Part shown: positions 58,961 through 64,000 of the stretch, one piece after another
Position numbering within the stretch: the first letter of the stretch is position 1
Layout: each line of letters begins with the position of its first letter
Source: an uncultured bacterium
Lineage (GTDB): Bacteria; CAYUVA01
Length of the DNA stretch: 64,000 nt
Direction: 5' to 3'
Assembly: GCA_964448115.1 (NCBI GenBank)
Contig: CAYUVA010000010.1
Location: 1-64,000 of the forward strand
Program-made: the position numbers and the translations under genes
The notes under the pieces: model-generated
The model's database searches: none
Told to the model about the DNA's origin: nothing
Seen by the model: the letters and a program-made list of their open reading frames with translations, nothing else

Positions 58961-59836
58961 CTATTTCTTCTTTCGTCTCTCAAGGAAAAAGGCGATGTTG
59001 CCGATAACTATGAATATAATAATAACCAGGTGTGCAATCGATTGCGCATCCATCCCCTTGGTCGCTGTTCCGAAGAATGTTTGCAGGTTGGGATACATAT
59101 CCGAGTAGTTCTCCCTTAGCAGCGTCTCGTACTCGGCAGCCCCTTTCAATCCACCGAGCAGACCCTCAAGCTGCCCGGTCTTGTAGTATGGGTAAAGCTG
59201 GGGTGCGCTGACTGCGGTACAGCCCCCTATAATCGGGCGGCCGAACTGATCGCCGGCGATCTGTACCCACTCCGGGATGCCGGGGGAACCAGCCGAGAGA
59301 TCGACTACAAGATCGAAGTTTCGTAAGTTCTTGATCCCCTTGAAGGCAGGTATCTCTGACAGGGGTGTCTGATGGGTGTCAGCCTGGAAGGCTTCAACGA
59401 TGTCCTTCCCGATACGTTGAATTACCACCTGGTTTCCAGCCATGAATCCGAGGGCTACATAATCGGTGCCATAACGCAAACCTGGGAAATAACTCTTCGA
59501 TTCCAGCATCGCCTCCTCAGCCAGGGAAGCTCCCGCCGGCCATAGCGCCATGCTTACAATCCGGTGCTCCTTTGCCAGGCAGTGCAGAAAAACTGCCAGG
59601 TTCATCGGATAGATCTCCGGGCGAGTTGAGGGATCATAGTCATGGGCAATAAGTATCAATGAGCCTTTGGGTAGTTTGTCTATGTAATTGAAGGCATCCT
59701 TAACTGCCGGGGATACCTTGATTGCGAAACCTATTGGGTAAATCAGCGGAAGGGCAACTGCTAGACCGATAGCCAAAAATACCCACCTGCGATCCAGGCT
59801 GCTGATGAACTCAAGAAGCGTCCTCTTCTCCGCCAT
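58961..59836 (-). CDS. Uncharacterised TM-domain-TM protein (GlmL-like operon)
   Basis: N- and C-terminal TMs flank an alpha/beta domain (DYDPS, PYY..GQL.GLLGGLKGAAEYE, MDAQS.AH). Confidence 0.8.
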   Translation of the reverse strand: MAEKRTLLEFISSLDRRWVFLAIGLAVALPLIYPIGFAIKVSPAVKDAFNYIDKLPKGSLILIAHDYDPSTRPEIYPMNLAVFLHCLAKEHRIVSMALWPAGASLAEEAMLESKSYFPGLRYGTDYVALGFMAGNQVVIQRIGKDIVEAFQADTHQTPLSEIPAFKGIKNLRNFDLVVDLSAGSPGIPEWVQIAGDQFGRPIIGGCTAVSAPQLYPYYKTGQLEGLLGGLKGAAEYETLLRENYSDMYPNLQTFFGTATKGMDAQSIAHLVIIIFIVIGNIAFFLERRKKK

Positions 59837-59838
59837 GC

Positions 59839-60459
59839 CTACTCACCCCCCAGGTAGGATCTCTCGATACCCAGGATTATGCGAAGCGCGGTCGATGCCA
59901 ATCCGAGAGCAATACCGATCATGATAGCACGCTGTCCGGCTGTGTTTGGATAATCCATGATCCAATTGGTTATATCAGGCATCTTGCTCCATATATATTC
60001 TCCAAGCGGAACCCTGCCGAGCATGACGAAAAATGCTGCCGCCAGAAGCAATGAAGCCTCCACAGTGCGGGCACGGAAGGCGCGAAACGCCGCCGAGGCG
60101 ACAAAGAACGCCAGAATGGAGAACATGGTGGCTGCCAGCGGCGTATAAAGGTTCTCGTAGCCAAAGAAAAAGGGCGTTCCCTCATCGATACCCCAAATCA
60201 AGGCAGAGATAGCCATAAAGGCAAATCCAAGAATGGTGAAGAAATTGTAGAACCAGTTGGGCGACTTCCTCGATATCCTAATTATGCACACCCGAAGAAG
60301 GCTCATGATCCCCAAGAACATGGCGAACATGGCTATTATCGAAAACCAGTCCTGGAAGGTGTCCTGCAAAGTGCCAAAGGGGCGGTGGGGTATGAACTGA
60401 GCTACTATCATAGTGATCCCAGCCAGACCAGCTAAGAATATAGGGATCTGATATTTCAA
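59839..60459 (-). CDS. Uncharacterised polytopic membrane protein (GlmL-like operon)
   Basis: TTG start behind SD AGGAGG; ~6 TMs; ATMFSILAFFVASAAFRAFR, AGQRAIMIG, LRIILGIER. Confidence 0.8.
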   Translation of the reverse strand: MKYQIPIFLAGLAGITMIVAQFIPHRPFGTLQDTFQDWFSIIAMFAMFLGIMSLLRVCIIRISRKSPNWFYNFFTILGFAFMAISALIWGIDEGTPFFFGYENLYTPLAATMFSILAFFVASAAFRAFRARTVEASLLLAAAFFVMLGRVPLGEYIWSKMPDITNWIMDYPNTAGQRAIMIGIALGLASTALRIILGIERSYLGGE

Positions 60460-60474
60460 GGTTTACCTCCTGGC

Positions 60475-61851
60475 TTAATTCCCCTGGAATAACGATACAT
60501 AAAGATCAACAATGCTTTTCAGGCTATCGATAAAGCCCTGGTAAGCGCTGAATCCCTCCAGGGAGAGATGGCTTTGGAAGAAACCGCTTACCGACTGCAT
60601 GGACAAGAACTCATGGAATAATCCGGGTATAGAGCCGATGATTATGGCAGCCATGATCAAGAACTTAGCCCAATCCTGCCCCTTGAGGCTTCCCAGCAGG
60701 CGCGGCTCCTTGGATAGATATGCGCTGGCAGCGAAAAGCTCCTCGCCGATTAGCGTATAGTCGCAGGCAGCTACGAAAAAGGGGAGTTGCGAGGCTTCCG
60801 CGGTGCCTGCGATCTGAATAGCCCCCACAGAGTTGCCGGTCTCTGCCAGGATGAGCGACTCGGCATAGAATCTGCCCAGAAAGAAATTGGCCGCCGGCTT
60901 GTCGCGAACCATTATACCATCGACCCCGGCTGCGTAGCCGAACTGATCATCGGTCAGGTAGCGAACCTGGTTCTCATCGTAGGCGTCCGGTCTCCCCACA
61001 TCGAGGTAAGCCTCCTTGACCACCTCCTGGGCTGCGGTCATCACCACGGATCGAGCGCAGGGGACCATAATATTGGTCTCATACTCCGCTGCCTTCCTGG
61101 CAACATGTGAGAGGATGGTGATGCTGGCGATGGTCTGCACATCGTCCAGGTCCATGATGCCGGGCACATAAAGAACCGACTTACCCATCTCGGTAGCCCG
61201 TCCGATCGCCTCATCGACAGCTTGCAACCCGGCTATGGGGCGAATATAAAGCTCCTTGCCTTTTTTTGCCTGGCTTATGTTGTACAGGATGAAAAATGAG
61301 AAAAGTATGGCGGTGATAAAAAGCGCGATCCTACCCTTGTGAAACCACTGTCCCTTGCTTATGGCCCCGGAGAAGTCCTGCGAAAGCGACTCCTGGTCGT
61401 TGAAGAGAGCCTTGATCTTGTAATAATACTTTTCATGGTTCTCGACATTGGAATCTACCGCCGACCTGGCGCCACCGGAGGCGGTGATTACGGTCTCAAA
61501 GGGACCGTCTATCGATTTAGAGCGCAGGATCTCGAAACGCTCCGGTACGAATATTTCTCCCTCAGCAGGGTGATATTCCCAGGTAATGGTGATCGAGTTT
61601 CCGGCATCATTAGGTGAGTCTTTTGCGGTTACCCTTGTTGGGGTAGCAAGCTTGAGCTTCGGTGGTACATGCTCTGTAGCTTCGGTTATAAGCGATACCT
61701 GTATATCCCAAGCAGTCCCATCCAAAGGCTTTGCAGCCTGCGGAATTGCTTCCGGCTGAGTATTCTCGCCCGCTGCTTCCAAGACTTGTGCCCACACTAG
61801 CGCTGCCACCAGGATGATCAAGCATAATTGTTTATTAAATGACATGGACAA
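60475..61851 (-). CDS. Fibronectin-III plus DUF6754-like membrane protein (GlmL-like operon)
   Basis: Signal peptide; FN3 (D.PNDAG.SI.ITW..YYYKIKA); TM; IRPIAGL.A.DEAIGRATEMG...LIGEELFAASAYL domain. The DUF number is from memory. Confidence 0.78.
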   Translation of the reverse strand: MSMSFNKQLCLIILVAALVWAQVLEAAGENTQPEAIPQAAKPLDGTAWDIQVSLITEATEHVPPKLKLATPTRVTAKDSPNDAGNSITITWEYHPAEGEIFVPERFEILRSKSIDGPFETVITASGGARSAVDSNVENHEKYYYKIKALFNDQESLSQDFSGAISKGQWFHKGRIALFITAILFSFFILYNISQAKKGKELYIRPIAGLQAVDEAIGRATEMGKSVLYVPGIMDLDDVQTIASITILSHVARKAAEYETNIMVPCARSVVMTAAQEVVKEAYLDVGRPDAYDENQVRYLTDDQFGYAAGVDGIMVRDKPAANFFLGRFYAESLILAETGNSVGAIQIAGTAEASQLPFFVAACDYTLIGEELFAASAYLSKEPRLLGSLKGQDWAKFLIMAAIIIGSIPGLFHEFLSMQSVSGFFQSHLSLEGFSAYQGFIDSLKSIVDLYVSLFQGN

Positions 61852-61856
61852 TATCC

Positions 61857-62984
61857 CTACATAGTTTCGATCAGCTCCACATTGGCGCGGGGTAGGAGGT
61901 GTTCGGTGCCATCTTCCAGCCTGAGCTTCACCACCCGAGCCTTGGACTCCGATTCTAGCACGGTCAGCTCCGGGGGCAGCTCTATGACCTCGCCGACATA
62001 TCCGAAGTAGGGCTGGCGGATGATGCGAACCATGCTCCCCACCTGCATCCCTGCTGATTCGGTCTCCACGGACTCCGGGAAATCGCCATCTTGTTCGGCA
62101 GGGATGACTATGACCGGTCTAATCACCCCGGCTCGTATCTGGGTGGCTCCGTTGATGCTGGCTAGTTGTCCTTGCTTCTTGGATAGAAGCTCGAAGGTCG
62201 CCTTTGCCATGTCTATCCTTCCAAAGCCCTCGGTCAAAATGAGGGTGATGCCCTTATCCTCCCTACCGGTGATGGCTACTCCCAGGTCGTAACCGAGGAA
62301 ATCGCGCAGTGTCTTGTCATCCAAGCCGCCGACAACAACGCCCACGGCTCCGACCTCTATAGCCTTTGTTATCGCCTGGTAGTCGATGAAGGAGCCGCCA
62401 ACGATAACCTTTCCCTTACAGTCTGCCGTGATCATGCTGGCGGTAAGCTCCTGGGTTCTATCTTCGGTGAGCACCATTACCTCTCCGCACGCCTCTCCGC
62501 CGATGCCGAAGATGCCCTGGATGAAGGAGCAGGGGGACTCGATAACAACACCTTCTTTGGGCAAGATCTCCTTCACCGTGCCATCGATGAAGGCATCTAT
62601 CTGCACCGGGATAGGAGGCTCACGAAAGAGCACCTGCCCGGTAACGCTGGAGATGTTCTCTATGGTGCCGTCGCAGGGAGCATGAGCATAAGACTTGAAC
62701 AATCCGAATATTCCCTTTGTTTCAGCGACCACATCCCCCTTCTTAGCCGACTCGCCTACTTGCTTTGTCATGTAGGAGGAAATATCGCCGGGGAGGATCT
62801 TGAGCTGATTGGCTACATTGAGCGGATAGACGGCACCGGGCAGATCGGTTCGAGCTACTATGGTATCATGTTTAACCCGTTGTCCTTGTTTGACCAGCAC
62901 CTCTCCCTGCAAGGGGAGTCGCCTCTCCTTGCGTAGGATCATCCTCTCCTTGACCATCAGTCCTGGTGTATATGCAACTGCCAT
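61857..62984 (-). CDS. Uncharacterised soluble protein with barrel-sandwich hybrid motifs and a C-terminal KOW-like motif
   Basis: VLVKQGQRV....VA; K.VGE..KKGD.VA...APCDGTI; QGIFGIGGE; VGSMVRII..PYFG..GEV. Confidence 0.8.
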   Translation of the reverse strand: MAVAYTPGLMVKERMILRKERRLPLQGEVLVKQGQRVKHDTIVARTDLPGAVYPLNVANQLKILPGDISSYMTKQVGESAKKGDVVAETKGIFGLFKSYAHAPCDGTIENISSVTGQVLFREPPIPVQIDAFIDGTVKEILPKEGVVIESPCSFIQGIFGIGGEACGEVMVLTEDRTQELTASMITADCKGKVIVGGSFIDYQAITKAIEVGAVGVVVGGLDDKTLRDFLGYDLGVAITGREDKGITLILTEGFGRIDMAKATFELLSKKQGQLASINGATQIRAGVIRPVIVIPAEQDGDFPESVETESAGMQVGSMVRIIRQPYFGYVGEVIELPPELTVLESESKARVVKLRLEDGTEHLLPRANVELIETM

Positions 62985-63001
62985 GTATAGCTCCTTCGTG
63001 T

Positions 63002-64000
63002 TTACTTTAGGTATTGTTCCAGGTCAGGGTATGCCTTCAGCGCCTTGAACCATTCCCTGAGGTGTTTGACCCTCATCGTCGCCTCCTTGGAGATATCGAA
63101 CGGTCGCCCCCTGGCATCGAAGATTATGCCGACCACACCGCCCTCCACCAGAGCCTTGTGCGTCTTTCCCTTGCCGCTACCGCAGTCGAAACCTTTGCTA
63201 GGCTCAATGTTCACCTCTGCGTACTCGCCGACCGGCAACTCAATGAGCCTCATTTCGCCGAATTTCATGCTAAAGGTCTCGGTAGCGCCTGCTTTGGGTG
63301 TGAAGTGCACCTTCATCACATCCTTTCCCGGCTTGGTGGTGCCGGTCGGGCTGATGCAGGTGCCGAGCCTTATCAGGCAGTCCTTCTCGAACACCTCGGC
63401 AGCAGCGCGGGGATGTACTGTGGAGAGCACACCGAGCTGGGGCATCATGAAGATGCTATCCACTGCCAGGCGGGTGATACCCTCAGGCTGGAAGGCATCG
63501 ATCAGCATCATGGCAGCCTGGTTGCGTCTCGGCGCATGAGACAGCGCGCCGCCGCTGCCAACCAACAGATCCAGCGCCATCATGTCAACCAGGGTCTCAC
63601 CGGAGCCGGTCTGGTCAAAGGCATCAGAGATGGTTCTTTGCTTCTGCACCCCGCGCAATGACACGGCAAAGCTCTTGTGCTGCACAAAGGCAAGGCGAAG
63701 CGCCTCCTTGGCAATAGCCTGCTCCACGACCAGCTCCTCCATGAGCTGCGGGATGGTTGTGGGGCGGATCATCTTGTTTTTAACTCTATTTCTAAGATCC
63801 CGCTCATCCATGTCAAAGGGCACCCAGCGCATCACATTATCCAAGCCAGCCTCGGCGAATACATTGGAGATGCTGTAGCTCATGCCCAAGTTGGCGCTGA
63901 CCGTTCGGTTGAAGGTTCCCTGAAATACCGAGAAGATGTCGGTGGTGGCTCCGCCGATATCGACCCCGACCACCTGTATGTTCTCCATCTTGGCTATGGT
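63002..64000 (-). CDS. Glutamate mutase L (GlmL/MutL)-like ASKHA ATPase, 5'-truncated at the window edge
   Basis: VDIGGATTDIFS (phosphate-2), RTVSANLGMSYS, LVGSGGALSHAP; reading frame open to position 64000. Confidence 0.8.
   Translation of the reverse strand, partial: TIAKMENIQVVGVDIGGATTDIFSVFQGTFNRTVSANLGMSYSISNVFAEAGLDNVMRWVPFDMDERDLRNRVKNKMIRPTTIPQLMEELVVEQAIAKEALRLAFVQHKSFAVSLRGVQKQRTISDAFDQTGSGETLVDMMALDLLVGSGGALSHAPRRNQAAMMLIDAFQPEGITRLAVDSIFMMPQLGVLSTVHPRAAAEVFEKDCLIRLGTCISPTGTTKPGKDVMKVHFTPKAGATETFSMKFGEMRLIELPVGEYAEVNIEPSKGFDCGSGKGKTHKALVEGGVVGIIFDARGRPFDISKEATMRVKHLREWFKALKAYPDLEQYLK

Noticed and set aside
63002-64000. DNA mismatch-repair MutL, or evidence of glutamate fermentation
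   Set aside because: The name overlap is coincidental: the motifs are ASKHA-type, not GHKL, and no glutamate mutase subunits are visible.
1-64000. CRISPR arrays, rRNA/tRNA genes, IS elements, prophage
   Set aside because: No repeat-spacer periodicity, cloverleaf, transposase or integrase was seen; intergenic space is small.

Overview
64 kb of chromosomal DNA from a diderm, probably anaerobic bacterium. Diderm status is indicated by a FadL and another outer-membrane barrel; anaerobic lifestyle by a superoxide reductase, a selenocysteine-containing SelD and a Na+,H+-type membrane pyrophosphatase. About 47 CDS are densely packed. Housekeeping genes: nadC, valS, mnmE, tadA, aroQ, tatD, selD, prmA. 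Envelope and glycosylation genes: four GT-C-like proteins, a GT2, a carbamoyltransferase and a Wzx flippase. Signalling: two Hanks kinases, an ECF sigma/anti-sigma module and an FHA-CpaF fusion. There is also an AT-rich type II restriction-modification pair. I found no rRNA, tRNA, CRISPR array, integrase or transposase. The strongest leads are: (1) a tightly coupled, uncharacterised six-gene operon at the right edge (GlmL-like ASKHA ATPase, a hybrid-motif/KOW protein and four membrane proteins, two of which look like paralogues with inverted topology), proposed as a novel membrane transport or energy complex; (2) a secreted 1156-aa protein with an apparent eukaryote-type LBP/BPI lipid-binding module; (3) a C-terminal domain shared by two unrelated secreted proteins; (4) TTCGAA depletion matching the NspV-like R-M pair; (5) UGA recoding in selD and a tatD with no canonical start codon. 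All family calls come from manual motif recognition; no searches were run.
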